Assembly: GCA_963668315.1 (NCBI GenBank)
Contig: OY764216.1
Span: 3,744,001-3,808,000, forward strand
Source of the DNA: Spirochaetia bacterium
GTDB lineage: Bacteria > Spirochaetota > Spirochaetia > DSM-2461
Direction: 5' to 3'
Length of the DNA stretch: 64,000 bases
The notes below the pieces were generated by a model, which did no database searches, was not told the DNA's origin, and was given only the letters and a program-made list of their open reading frames with translations. Shown here piece by piece: positions 9,327 through 19,511 of this stretch; within the stretch, counting starts at the first letter, position 1, and each line of letters opens with the position of its first letter. A program made the position numbers and the translations under genes.

Positions 9327-9761
9327 TTATCTGTCCTTCTCTTTATCATAGAAGACCCAACGGTCAAAAACAAAATATTTTACTATCATAAGAACACCCG
9401 TCACCATAAAGATGGAGATCTGGTATGACCAGGGGGCGATGTGATTCAGTCCCAGAACCATAAAATAATCGGCTCCATTAAAAAAAGCCACAAACAGGAC
9501 ATAGCGGAAAAACCTTTCTGCCAGACGTCCCTTGACTCTGAACGTAACGAATACATTATAACAGAAATTATAACATATAACTATAGCGAGGGTGATACCG
9601 TAGGCGGCGGCAAAGGGTAAAACCATTTTCTCGGAAAGCAGCCAGGAAAGAGAGGCCTTGAGAAGATAACTTACTCCGCCGCCGGCTATGAAAAGAGCAA
9701 ATTTCCGTGAAAAAAGACGAATGAAAAGATTTTTGGCCGTGGTTGATATCATACTATTCAT
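9327..9761 (-). CDS. GtrA-family small flippase
   Basis: 144 aa with four hydrophobic segments, YNFCYNVFVTF, RFFRY, KYFVFDRWVF; adjacent to the GtrB-like GT2. Confidence 0.8.
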   Translation of the reverse strand: MNSMISTTAKNLFIRLFSRKFALFIAGGGVSYLLKASLSWLLSEKMVLPFAAAYGITLAIVICYNFCYNVFVTFRVKGRLAERFFRYVLFVAFFNGADYFMVLGLNHIAPWSYQISIFMVTGVLMIVKYFVFDRWVFYDKEKDR

Positions 9762-11289
9762 TCACCAGTTCAAAGGGTTCACGGAAAAATGTCATGATGG
9801 AATCAGATGAATCCGGAGTAGCGCCTCCATAATCAAGCCACCTGTACTCCAGCCCGTCATCCGTTTTTTCTGAATAATCCGGATACATCCCTACTCCCTT
9901 GGGAAGTTTCAGGTACAAACGGTTAACCGTATCAATACTTTTTCTGCTGTTTCGCTTCTCTCTGATATTTTCCGGGCCTATCAGCCACGATCTCAGAAGG
10001 ACATGATTATCGGTAGCTTCGTTAATTTCCCGTTCCCATGATCCCATTTTCGCCAGCATATGTTCCTGCGGTTTAAAGGGATTATGAAGATATTCCGAAG
10101 CGGCTTTCGGGAGAACAGGCAGGAAAAGAGAAAGAACGACGAGGAGCATGAGCAGAGCAGTAAAGATTAAGACGGAGCTGTAGTTTACGGCCCACGAGGG
10201 GAGTCCCCGTCTTCTCAGAGGATTAATTCCCACGAGAACCCTGCTGACAAGGAGAGCCAGCAAGGGCAGTATGGAGGAAAAATATCGGGGATGATAGTTC
10301 TCAAAGGATTTTACCGGATGTATTGAAGTAACCCCGAAGGTTATGAAAATCACAAAAAAGGCGATGATCAATAATATGATCTTAACAGCTTTCTTCGATT
10401 CGGGATCTTTTTTCAGAAGATAGGCCGATGAAGCCAAGCCTCCCCAGAACAGAAACTGCCAGTAAAAGGGGAAATGATGCAGATTATACCGTTTATACAG
10501 ACCCCAGAAAGTACCGTCCCCATGCACTCCGCTGATCTCCATAGTGCTGTTACCAAGGTGGGTATGAACAATGATTCCCAGCCGTCCCAAAGGTTCCCCG
10601 AGAAGAAGAAAATACGCGAGGTGTTCTACAGAGTAAAGACCCGCCAGGATAACACCGTAAATCAAAAACGGCTTAAATCCTTTATATCTGATAATCAGAA
10701 TGAGCCAGGGGAAAAGGAAATAAAGATTCGTGATCTTTGTGAGGTAGGATATAAACATGAATAGAATGGAAAGAAGAAACCAGAGGGGCCCCCTGCCCGC
10801 TTCCTTTGCATTTTGCGGATTAAGATACATCATCAGGAAAAGAAGGCTTAGAAGGATATAATTCATGGAGAATACACCGAGAAAAAGCTGGCTTCCCATT
10901 CTGATCATATAGGGGAAGAACTGGATAATGACAAGAGAGAGAAAAGCCGATTGTCTATCAAAAAAACGCTTGCCGGTCCAGAATACGGTATAGTTCAGCA
11001 AAACGCACATCAGAACGGAAGGAAGATAGATAACCCATGGCCTCAACCCAAAAATCAGCTGTACGAGAACCGTGGGAAGGATTATGCCCCATCGGACGGA
11101 ACGGTGAAAATACAGCTCGTAGGGATATCCCTGAAGGATGGATTTTCCGTAATACCAGTAGTCAATATTATCACCGCCAACATTGACCTCCATAAGAGTC
11201 AGATATCGTAGAATGAGAGTACCTAAAGCCATTAAAGCAAGAATTTTGCCGTCAATTCTCCGCTCATGGTCTTTTTCAAGTGTATCCAA
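9754..11289 (-). CDS. GT-C fold integral-membrane glycosyltransferase (ArnT/PMT/GtrC-like)
   Basis: About 11-13 TM segments, acidic first external loop (GGDNIDY), YLTKIT and PRYF motifs; next to gtrA/gtrB-like genes. Confidence 0.7.
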   Translation of the reverse strand: MDTLEKDHERRIDGKILALMALGTLILRYLTLMEVNVGGDNIDYWYYGKSILQGYPYELYFHRSVRWGIILPTVLVQLIFGLRPWVIYLPSVLMCVLLNYTVFWTGKRFFDRQSAFLSLVIIQFFPYMIRMGSQLFLGVFSMNYILLSLLFLMMYLNPQNAKEAGRGPLWFLLSILFMFISYLTKITNLYFLFPWLILIIRYKGFKPFLIYGVILAGLYSVEHLAYFLLLGEPLGRLGIIVHTHLGNSTMEISGVHGDGTFWGLYKRYNLHHFPFYWQFLFWGGLASSAYLLKKDPESKKAVKIILLIIAFFVIFITFGVTSIHPVKSFENYHPRYFSSILPLLALLVSRVLVGINPLRRRGLPSWAVNYSSVLIFTALLMLLVVLSLFLPVLPKAASEYLHNPFKPQEHMLAKMGSWEREINEATDNHVLLRSWLIGPENIREKRNSRKSIDTVNRLYLKLPKGVGMYPDYSEKTDDGLEYRWLDYGGATPDSSDSIMTFFREPFELVNE

Positions 11290-11300
11290 GAGATTTCTCC

Positions 11301-12515
11301 TTATTTTCTGTTGTTCTCTATGGCGTCCCGATAATTTTTTTCGGCCAGACCGGCTTGAACGGACCGATCAAATTTCTCGGCGATTCGTCGGCAGGCCGCC
11401 TTAACAACCTCCCGAATAGAGTCGTTGTAATGATCTAACACATACCCTACCTTCTCTGCCATGAGCTCAGAACTGCCCGTTTTAACGATAAAACCGGATC
11501 TTTCATCCTCTATCAGATCGGATATTCCCGAATGGTTAAAGGCGACGACAGGACAACCGGAAGCCATGGCCTCTTTCAGCACATTCGGGATTCCTTCGAT
11601 ATCGCCCGATTCGGAGACGATGCTCGTGCCAAGCAGGACATGGGATTCTCCCATGATGTGCGCCGTTTCCTCAGGCGTTTTCCAGCCCGCGAAATCAATG
11701 TAATCCAGAATACCCTTTTCCCGGGCCATATGGGAGAGAGTCTCTCGGAGAGGACCGTCACCAACGATTCTTAACCTTATCGCAGGATATCTTTCCCTTA
11801 GCAGCGAGACAACATCCAGCGCATATTGAAAACCTTTTTTTTCAACGAGCCGACCGACACAGAGCAAATTGATACAGTCATTGATCGACCGGGCCCTGAA
11901 GGGAAAGGCGTTCATATCAATGGCGGAATAATACACCCGGATTTTCTCGTCCGGAAAACCCAGGTTCTTGAGAATGGGAAGGAAGGCGGACGTAACCGGT
12001 AAAAACAAGTCTCCCTTCTCTTTTAATATACGATAAATGCGGGGATATTTTTTCAAATGGGAACTTATATCGGAACCTCGAAATGAAGTTGCGGCGACTC
12101 CCATTTCCCTATTAAAACTCTTCAAGAGCAACGCGAGATTCCCCAGGGGGCCGAACTGACCATGGATGACATCAAAGGACTTACCTCGCAAAGCATCGGC
12201 TGCCATAATGCTCCGGAGGACAGAATAGTCTCCGGTTTTTATGAGAAAGCCGATGGTCTTCCAGAATCGCCCCGGCTGAAGAAAAAAAGCTTTAGAAAGA
12301 GAGAAGATAATTCTTGAGAAAACGATCTTACGGTTCCCCAAGCCGAAGTATATAATCTTAACGGGTGTCTTAACCGGAACAGAGGAATCGGCCTTTTTCC
12401 CGTTTTTTGCCAGAACCGTGACGTCATGCCCCTTTTCTGCCAACCCTTCCACATGATTTCGTATAAATGTCTGGGATCGGCTCGGGTAGGTATTAGTCAA
12501 TATTAGGATCTTCAT
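11301..12515 (-). CDS. GT4 glycosyltransferase (WcaL/AmsK-like)
   Basis: YPSRSQTFI, SFRGSDIS, VGRLVEKKG, GDIEGIPNVLKEAMASG. Confidence 0.9.
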   Translation of the reverse strand: MKILILTNTYPSRSQTFIRNHVEGLAEKGHDVTVLAKNGKKADSSVPVKTPVKIIYFGLGNRKIVFSRIIFSLSKAFFLQPGRFWKTIGFLIKTGDYSVLRSIMAADALRGKSFDVIHGQFGPLGNLALLLKSFNREMGVAATSFRGSDISSHLKKYPRIYRILKEKGDLFLPVTSAFLPILKNLGFPDEKIRVYYSAIDMNAFPFRARSINDCINLLCVGRLVEKKGFQYALDVVSLLRERYPAIRLRIVGDGPLRETLSHMAREKGILDYIDFAGWKTPEETAHIMGESHVLLGTSIVSESGDIEGIPNVLKEAMASGCPVVAFNHSGISDLIEDERSGFIVKTGSSELMAEKVGYVLDHYNDSIREVVKAACRRIAEKFDRSVQAGLAEKNYRDAIENNRK

Positions 12516-14314
12516 TCTTTTGTATCATTCTCCATGGCCAGGCGGCGAAAATCCAGATCATGTTCCAGTAAGTCATCGTAAGTTCCCTGATTAAGGATCC
12601 GACCGTCTTTCAAGAGAATAATTCTATCACAATCTTTCACAGTTGATAAACGATGGGCGACGATTATTATCGTTTTTTCACCGGAAAGACGATCAATGGA
12701 ATCCATAATGGCTTTCTCGGTTAAATTATCCATAGCGCTCGTCGCCTCGTCAAAAATGAGAACGTCCGGATTATGATAAAGAGCTCGGGCTATGACGATT
12801 CTCTGAGCCTGTCCTCCTGAAAGACGGACGCCCCTTTCCCCGACTTCGGTTTGATAGCCGTCAGGCAGAGACATAATCGTATTGTGGATTTCTGCCGCCT
12901 GAGCACATTTCATCAACTGCTCTTCATCAATCCCTGCTGAGTTAATACCAAAGGCGATATTCTCGGCAATGGTTCCATCGAGTAAATACACATCCTGAGA
13001 AACCAGCCCCAAATTATGACGCCAGCCAGAGACACAATCCTGATGAATAATGGTATCATCAATTTTAAGATATCCCTTCTGGGGAAACAGTAAGCCGATT
13101 ATAAGATTCAGAAGAGTTGTCTTTCCCGATCCGGAAAACCCGACGATTCCCAGCTTTTCCTTACTTTTAATTGTTAAGTTAAAGTCATGAAATATCTGTT
13201 TATCCTTTTCGGGAAAGGCATAGTTGATATTTCTCAATTCAAGAGTATTCACCAGGGGGATCCTGTTATTGACAGCGGGAAGCTGATCTTCTGCCACTAG
13301 TTCCTTACGCAAATTCTTCAGCGATTCAACTCCCGAAACAACGGCGTTCAAGGATCGGGAGATTTGCTGAAGAGAGGGAAGAAGTCTGTATCCGGCAAAA
13401 GCATAGAGGGTGATCGTTGGCAGATGCTCTATCAGTTTGCTGTCATGGGATTTGATCATAATCAACAGCAACCCGAACAGACAAAAAACAACCGTCTCCA
13501 CCGTATAACGGGGCAGAACGGTATAGGCGTCCTGACGAACCGTATTACGGGCAATACGTCGGGCATTATCAATAAAACGATTTAAATAAAAACGCTCCTT
13601 ATCCCTGACCTTGACTTCCTTGATACCGGAAAACATATTGTTGAGAAGAATGAAACGGTCCTTGTTCAGATCAAATCTTTTCTTCCCCAGAAATTTCAGT
13701 CTGTTCTTAAATACAAGATAAAGAATGTAGTATAGTCCGCCCAGAAAACTGAAGATAATTATCGCCATAAGCCAATTTTGAATACCCAATACAATAAGCA
13801 GTCCCAGTGTGAGAAATAGATTGGAGAAAATAATCAAAATACTATTAATGACTTTCTGCGAAATTTGCTGAACTTCATCTATGATGAGACGGGGAAAATC
13901 GGAAGTGTTACGATTTAAAAACCAGACATAATCCTTAGCCAGATAGTTATTTACCAATTTGGTGCTGAATGATTTATTCAATCTTGTATAGAATATTGAC
14001 CTGCTTAAGTAGGTTAAGAAGCTGAATGCATTCTTCACAACGGTCAGAACGATAAATCCGATTCCCATAAAATAGAATAATTCTTTTCCAGAGAAACCGG
14101 TAATCTGTGAAATGATTCTAATTGATGTTGAAGAGGTGTTACTTTCATTGACGGCCAGTGATAATAAGGGAGAGACGGCCCCTACGCCCAGCATTTCAAA
14201 AACCGAATTTATTATCATTATCAAAATGAGAAGCTGAAAGCCCCTCCGCTGTTTGTTTGTAAAAAGAGAATTTATAATCCCAAACTGATTAAATAATTTC
14301 TGTGTTTTCCCCAT
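12512..14314 (-). CDS. ABC exporter, fused TMD+NBD, PglK/WlaB-like lipid-linked glycan flippase (copy 1)
   Basis: EMLGVGAVSPLL and YAFAGYRLLPSLQQI (PglK-like), Walker A GFSGSGKTT, LSGGQAQR, IFDEATSA. Start set at ATG 14314, downstream of the promoter at 14346-14374. Confidence 0.85.
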   Translation of the reverse strand: MGKTQKLFNQFGIINSLFTNKQRRGFQLLILIMIINSVFEMLGVGAVSPLLSLAVNESNTSSTSIRIISQITGFSGKELFYFMGIGFIVLTVVKNAFSFLTYLSRSIFYTRLNKSFSTKLVNNYLAKDYVWFLNRNTSDFPRLIIDEVQQISQKVINSILIIFSNLFLTLGLLIVLGIQNWLMAIIIFSFLGGLYYILYLVFKNRLKFLGKKRFDLNKDRFILLNNMFSGIKEVKVRDKERFYLNRFIDNARRIARNTVRQDAYTVLPRYTVETVVFCLFGLLLIMIKSHDSKLIEHLPTITLYAFAGYRLLPSLQQISRSLNAVVSGVESLKNLRKELVAEDQLPAVNNRIPLVNTLELRNINYAFPEKDKQIFHDFNLTIKSKEKLGIVGFSGSGKTTLLNLIIGLLFPQKGYLKIDDTIIHQDCVSGWRHNLGLVSQDVYLLDGTIAENIAFGINSAGIDEEQLMKCAQAAEIHNTIMSLPDGYQTEVGERGVRLSGGQAQRIVIARALYHNPDVLIFDEATSAMDNLTEKAIMDSIDRLSGEKTIIIVAHRLSTVKDCDRIILLKDGRILNQGTYDDLLEHDLDFRRLAMENDTKE

Positions 14315-14345
14315 ATGACGCTTGATAGGAATCTCCTTGTTACCC

Positions 14346-14374
14346 AATATATTAACTCCCTTGTGACAAGTCAA
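14346..14374 (-). promoter_or_regulatory. Sigma70-type promoter for the ABC/GT4/gtr block
   Basis: Minus strand TTGACT-N17-TATATT. Confidence 0.55.
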
Positions 14375-14449
14375 TTCTTATTAGATTAACGTTACATAAA
14401 CTCCATCCAGGTTCTGTACAAGGAGCCTTTATCATGATATTTTCTAGCT

Positions 14450-15559
14450 ATGAATAAACCAAAGATCGGTATATTTACACGCCCGATAGATCAGGGATAC
14501 AGCGGCAGCGGACATCATCTTCTAGAAATGGTGACCCATGTTCTCAAACAGAATGAAGGACAATTCGAGATTAAACTCCTCCATTATGAGAAAAATGATC
14601 GGCCCATCTATAAGGAAGCGGAAGAGATCATTCTACCCCGGAATCCTCTCAAGGCTTCGGCTATCCTAAAGAAGTATAATTTTGATCTACTCCATTACAG
14701 TCCCCTAACCCCCTATGCTCCCATTTGGGGCTTATCCTGTAAAAAAGTGGGAACTGTCCATGGCGCAGAGCCTGATCTTTTACCACATCTGTATCCCTTT
14801 AAGGCAAAGTTTCATTCCCGTGTGACAAAACCCTGGCTGTGCCGGAGAATGGATCATATCATCACGGTTTCTGAAACGAGCCGGGATTATTTTTCTCATA
14901 ACTACCGTGTTCCGAAGGAACGTTTCTCCGTCTGCTATAATGCGGTGAATCCGAACTATCACATTATTGAAAAAGAAAACTGTACCGTGAAAGAGAAAAT
15001 GAATACGGGGGCCCATTTTATTCTTCATATAAGCAATTATTCGGAACGGAAAAACCCCTGGACGATGATTGAGGCTTTCTCCAAGCTTCTCAAACAGGAC
15101 CGGTTTACAGAGTATAAACTGGTACTGGCCGGGAACCGCTGGGGCAATGAGGAGACAAAGGGCTACGCAGACAAACTGGGAATTAAAGATAAAGTGATAT
15201 TTCCCGGATTTATATCAGAACAGGATGCGGTGGAACTATTTAATACGGCCGATCTTTTCCTTTTTCCCTCACTGGCCGAAGGATACGGGATGCCCAATGT
15301 GGAAGCCATGGCCTGCGGCTGCCCGGTTATAACCAGTGATGTCTTTGCCCTGCCGGAAATTGTGGGTGATGCGGCTCTGGTGGTGAAAGATCCTAAGGAT
15401 ACGGAGGAGCTCACTAAGCTGATGTCAGGCGTTTTATCAAACAGCAATCTCAGAGATGACCTGATTGCGAAGGGACTGAAGAGGGCGCAAAGCTTTTCCT
15501 GGGTGAAAAGTGCGGATACGCTACTAGGGGTTTACGGGGATTTGCTGGGGGGAAATTGA
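14450..15559 (+). CDS. GT4 glycosyltransferase (MtfB/WbdB-like)
   Basis: IITVSETSR, ERKN, FLFPSLAEGYGMPNVEAMACGCPVITS, FSWVKSA. Confidence 0.9.
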   Translation: MNKPKIGIFTRPIDQGYSGSGHHLLEMVTHVLKQNEGQFEIKLLHYEKNDRPIYKEAEEIILPRNPLKASAILKKYNFDLLHYSPLTPYAPIWGLSCKKVGTVHGAEPDLLPHLYPFKAKFHSRVTKPWLCRRMDHIITVSETSRDYFSHNYRVPKERFSVCYNAVNPNYHIIEKENCTVKEKMNTGAHFILHISNYSERKNPWTMIEAFSKLLKQDRFTEYKLVLAGNRWGNEETKGYADKLGIKDKVIFPGFISEQDAVELFNTADLFLFPSLAEGYGMPNVEAMACGCPVITSDVFALPEIVGDAALVVKDPKDTEELTKLMSGVLSNSNLRDDLIAKGLKRAQSFSWVKSADTLLGVYGDLLGGN

Positions 15560-15589
15560 GGACGGGTAATTTTTCACCCCCAACTTTAC

Positions 15590-16663
15590 CTATTCGTCAT
15601 CAAGAACATCACGTATGGCTTCAAGGTATCCCGGGCCATATTTTCTATCTGGCTCTAAATAGTTACCTTCAGCCCATTCGTTCCAGGATTTGATAAATAC
15701 AATTCGATGTTTTTCGCCCTTCTTCATGATTTTGCTAACCATATTAGAAAAATAAGCTTTAAAGTACTCTGGTCGTGAATCCTCAAGTATCAATGCTTTC
15801 CTCCCCGAACGGGCAGAATGATCCCAATTTGGGTAAACACTAGGATAACAATATTCAAGAGAGTCTTCAGGACCTTCAAAATAACGAACCGCCTTTTTAT
15901 AGGGGATTCTTTTTAGTAAATGCAACTTTCGTATTACTCTTTTATGTGTCTTCCGAAAACCAGCATCATAAGCATTGAAGAGACGGTTAATATTAACAGC
16001 ATTGAATCCCTGCTCGTGTAATTCAGAAATTTGACTTGAACGATCTGTTTGACCAATAAAAAAAATTCCCTTTAATCCATTTTCTAGTGCGAGCCGGTTC
16101 CACAGATCAATGAATACCTTTGAATCAGGTAGCTCGTTAGGTTGGAATAATAAAAAAACGGGTTTATCATCTACTCTAAAATATCGAGGGTCCTTAAAGG
16201 CCTTGAGAACTGATTTAAAATGATTTATATAATCCTCTTCCCCTGGGTACTTTTGCTCGATAAGAAGGTTACGCTCATTATCACAACCATAGTCAAATCC
16301 TTTCCAGGAAGCATTCGCCCATCCCAGAAGAAAGGGAAAGTCAGGTTTTCCAGATTCAAGAACCTCTTGAAACGGTCTTTCGAGAATTCTTTTGCCATCT
16401 CCAAACCAGTAATGCCAATAGCAAAAGGCAGTGATCCCATATTGTTTTGCCATTTCAGCCTGAGCCATACGGCTTTCCGGCACACGTAAATCATAAAACC
16501 CAAGACTTGATGGGAGCTTTGGTTGATAATGGCCTCGATAAAGAGGTTTTGCCTTGGTGACGTTTGTCCATTCAGTAAATCCTGGCTCCCACCATTCATC
16601 GTTTTCAGGTACAGGATGGAATTGAGGTAGATAGAATGCAATAACTTTAACTTTAGGGTTCAT
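15590..16663 (-). CDS. WbsX-family glycosyltransferase (GH99-like domain)
   Basis: IAFYLPQFHPVPENDEWW..GFTEWTNV, LGFYDLR, FCYWHYWF, KSWNEWAEGNYLEPD. Confidence 0.92.
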   Translation of the reverse strand: MNPKVKVIAFYLPQFHPVPENDEWWEPGFTEWTNVTKAKPLYRGHYQPKLPSSLGFYDLRVPESRMAQAEMAKQYGITAFCYWHYWFGDGKRILERPFQEVLESGKPDFPFLLGWANASWKGFDYGCDNERNLLIEQKYPGEEDYINHFKSVLKAFKDPRYFRVDDKPVFLLFQPNELPDSKVFIDLWNRLALENGLKGIFFIGQTDRSSQISELHEQGFNAVNINRLFNAYDAGFRKTHKRVIRKLHLLKRIPYKKAVRYFEGPEDSLEYCYPSVYPNWDHSARSGRKALILEDSRPEYFKAYFSNMVSKIMKKGEKHRIVFIKSWNEWAEGNYLEPDRKYGPGYLEAIRDVLDDE

Positions 16664-16670
16664 GAAGTTT

Positions 16671-16699
16671 ATGATAAGAAAAGATTTATTTTATGTCAA
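16671..16699 (-). promoter_or_regulatory. Near-consensus sigma70 promoter, leaderless geometry, for the WbsX gene
   Basis: TTGACA(16694-99)-N17-TATCAT(16671-76)-N7-ATG(16663). Confidence 0.75.
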
Positions 16700-16738
16700 A
16701 TGTATTTATGAAAAAATGGATTTTCTCTATAAGAGAAT

Positions 16739-17455
16739 CTATTTTGAAATGTGATAATCAGTCTTTATTATTTTAATAATAAGTTCCTTTACATTACATA
16801 ATACATCATCCTTGCTAAGCCCAGAGCTATTCAAGTAATACAGTTTTCTGTAAAGTCGATTATCTTTCAAAATAACAGCCCCAGCTTTTTTGAACTTTCC
16901 AAGAGCGGCAACCCTTTCATCACTATCGATTCTCTCTATTCGACTTTGAGTTCCCGCTCTCATATTCATCCGATTCAAAGATTCTTCAAGTGAAATATCA
17001 ATTTGGATAACCGCGTCATTTATATTCGAACACATAAGTGAATCAATGCAAATATCCTGAAGGTTACTCATACCAGAACTATATAACAAAGAGATGAAAG
17101 CTTGTACCTTTCCCTGGTCAAATAGAACAACAGTGTTCTGATACCTAGATAATCTATAACGTCGGTATAAGGCAAAAACATAGACTAGATTTAATAATTG
17201 AGAAATAATATTTTTATTACTCGTTTGACAGGATGTTATTACTACTTTGCATATACGCAGGAAAAATAAAGGATGAATACATAAAAAGAATGAGGACACT
17301 TTTACCTTATGCATGATCCGATGGATCTTACTCATATTACTGGTATGATATATCCAATTTATAACTTCATACCCCTGAGAACGAAGCCAAGGTTCTAATT
17401 CCCTGCATAACGTACTCTTTCCCGATCCGGGCAAACCGGTAAACTCAATAATCAT
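16739..17455 (-). CDS. P-loop NTPase / nucleotide-kinase-like protein
   Basis: N-terminal IIEFTGLPGSGKST Walker A, VVLFDQG, lid-like LNRMNMR; thymidylate-kinase-like layout. Confidence 0.65.
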   Translation of the reverse strand: MIIEFTGLPGSGKSTLCRELEPWLRSQGYEVINWIYHTSNMSKIHRIMHKVKVSSFFLCIHPLFFLRICKVVITSCQTSNKNIISQLLNLVYVFALYRRYRLSRYQNTVVLFDQGKVQAFISLLYSSGMSNLQDICIDSLMCSNINDAVIQIDISLEESLNRMNMRAGTQSRIERIDSDERVAALGKFKKAGAVILKDNRLYRKLYYLNSSGLSKDDVLCNVKELIIKIIKTDYHISK

Positions 17456-18529
17456 CTATTCGCCTATAATCTCATTCATGATAGCTTCAAATCGATCATC
17501 AAGAGAATCCATCTGCATTCTATAAGCAGAGAAAGCATTTTCAACAATCTCCAGCCTCTCTTTGTCATGGTTTAAATAGTAGTGAGCTTTGTCTGTCAAA
17601 TCACTGCAGTCCCACTTAAAAGGGACATAGGTTTCTTCTGGCTTAAAGACATCAGGCCATGTTTCGATATGTGACATATCCGGTTTTAGAAGTAGAGAGC
17701 GATTATATACAGCTTCAAAATCTCGTTTACACAATTCACCCCAGCCGAAAGGACTAAGAATAATCTTGGACTTATTTATTTCCTTATTAAACTGATGCTG
17801 TGAAACTCGTCCATAAAGAAAATCGGGATTATCCTTGATGATCTCTACGATCATTTTTCTCTGATGGTGGATGGATTTCGGAGCGGGAAATCCCATTCTG
17901 GCGTTAACTGCCATGGGCTTGGGATCTTCCGGCCGGGCAGCTCCTTTCCAGAAATCCCTATGGTAGAATATTTTTGCCAGCTTAACATGAAATATCCTTG
18001 CCAGGGCTACTCCCGCCCTCTGAGCATAACGGGCATTGGGAAAATCGGCTACACCAATGTTCCATGAAAGCCTTAGCTTTTGCAAATCCTCATCACTTTC
18101 GGGTAACTGGCGTTCTCTCGGATTATCATCAATAACACCGTAATTATCATGATAATATTGAGAGAAAAGTTCGTCTCCGTAATATACCTTTTTGTGCAGT
18201 GACCGATCCTTAAAAAGAGATTTATTATAGAACAGATCAACATAGGGTAAGACTTCTGGTCTTATGATAGAACCGCCGGCGTTACCATTGAAAAAAGCAA
18301 TTCGTCGATATTTCTTCCGTACCGCTTTGAGAAAATCGAAATCCACTTTATCTGGCTTGAGAAACCATCGCAGCATGATGAGAGTGTCGTTCTTATCCTT
18401 ATTCAGTACATAATCGGGATCGCTTGTATAGACGAATTGCTTTTTTCGATGTTTTGAATAAAGAAAAGGTTTTAAGGTGTGGTATACGGAGATACGATCG
18501 TATATGGATAGAACAGTTATTTTATTCAT
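17456..18529 (-). CDS. Putative GT-B glycosyltransferase (Glyco_trans_1_2-like C-terminus)
   Basis: SKIILSPFGWGELCKRDFEA...LLKPDMSHIETWPDVF...YYLNHDKERLEIVENA; embedded in the GT cluster. Confidence 0.6.
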   Translation of the reverse strand: MNKITVLSIYDRISVYHTLKPFLYSKHRKKQFVYTSDPDYVLNKDKNDTLIMLRWFLKPDKVDFDFLKAVRKKYRRIAFFNGNAGGSIIRPEVLPYVDLFYNKSLFKDRSLHKKVYYGDELFSQYYHDNYGVIDDNPRERQLPESDEDLQKLRLSWNIGVADFPNARYAQRAGVALARIFHVKLAKIFYHRDFWKGAARPEDPKPMAVNARMGFPAPKSIHHQRKMIVEIIKDNPDFLYGRVSQHQFNKEINKSKIILSPFGWGELCKRDFEAVYNRSLLLKPDMSHIETWPDVFKPEETYVPFKWDCSDLTDKAHYYLNHDKERLEIVENAFSAYRMQMDSLDDRFEAIMNEIIGE

Positions 18530-18548
18530 TTACTATTCCTCATTAATT

Positions 18549-19511
18549 CTAACTATCCTTTTTTAATAATACATTATTCTTAATAAATCTCTTCAATTTT
18601 AATAAAGGTTTTCTGATACAATAGTATTTCGTTATAGTAAAATACCTAGCAATAAAACTTCTCATAATAATTTTATTATCAACCGGAAAAATTATATCTT
18701 CATATTTTTCTTTATTATTTACAATGTATTCTGGGAGATATTTTCTATTCACGGAAACTGGTAAAAACCTATTTTTTGTTGGCCGTGTTAAATCATATCC
18801 TTTCAACATCATCTTTTTTATATATTCTTCTGAATTATAATTTGCATTATTAAATTCTTGATGGGAAAAAGAAGATAACTTTTCCTTGATTTTTTCCATT
18901 CCTCCAAGATAGGTAAAATGCCATCCGCCATCTGGGAGAACAGGAAGATTCTCAAGAAAACGAATCTTTGTTGGGGTTGTATTCTCATTTAGATAATCAA
19001 TCATATTCTCAGAATATTCATATTTATATTCCTCTGCCATATTATTAATTATAACTTTATATTTCATTATATTTGCTAAATCCCAATATTTCCCAGTAAC
19101 AGCTTTATAATTTAAAAAAAAAGAATAAAAATCCTGTTTTATTTTATATATTCCTTCGCCATTGAATTTTTTAATTATCTTAGGATTAACAATTTCATCC
19201 AAATCAGAAATAATGATAATGTCTTCAGGATCACAGTTTTTTAATCCTTTTAGGATTTCATTTCTTTGAAAATTTTCAAAAGTCCATGATGTTTTATACT
19301 CTGGATATTCATGGATCTCAATATATATAATTTTATCAAGAAAACGACTAAATCTTTTTCGATTATCCTTAAAATGAAGCGGTTTACCCTTGTTCGAATG
19401 AGTCTTATCAGCTTCCACTAACACAAAATAATCAACATAAGGATCTAATATATTTAATCTAATTTCCAAAAGATCCAGTTCATTAAAAAATGTAAAGCAA
19501 TCGTAAATCAT
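18549..19511 (-). CDS. GT17-family (MGAT3-like) beta-1,4-N-acetylglucosaminyltransferase
   Basis: MIYDCFTFFNELDLLEIRL, FVLVEA, ENFQRN, IISDLDEI, GGWHFTY, KLSSFSHQE. Start ATG 19511 overlaps the upstream stop (ATGA). Confidence 0.85.
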   Translation of the reverse strand: MIYDCFTFFNELDLLEIRLNILDPYVDYFVLVEADKTHSNKGKPLHFKDNRKRFSRFLDKIIYIEIHEYPEYKTSWTFENFQRNEILKGLKNCDPEDIIIISDLDEIVNPKIIKKFNGEGIYKIKQDFYSFFLNYKAVTGKYWDLANIMKYKVIINNMAEEYKYEYSENMIDYLNENTTPTKIRFLENLPVLPDGGWHFTYLGGMEKIKEKLSSFSHQEFNNANYNSEEYIKKMMLKGYDLTRPTKNRFLPVSVNRKYLPEYIVNNKEKYEDIIFPVDNKIIMRSFIARYFTITKYYCIRKPLLKLKRFIKNNVLLKKDS

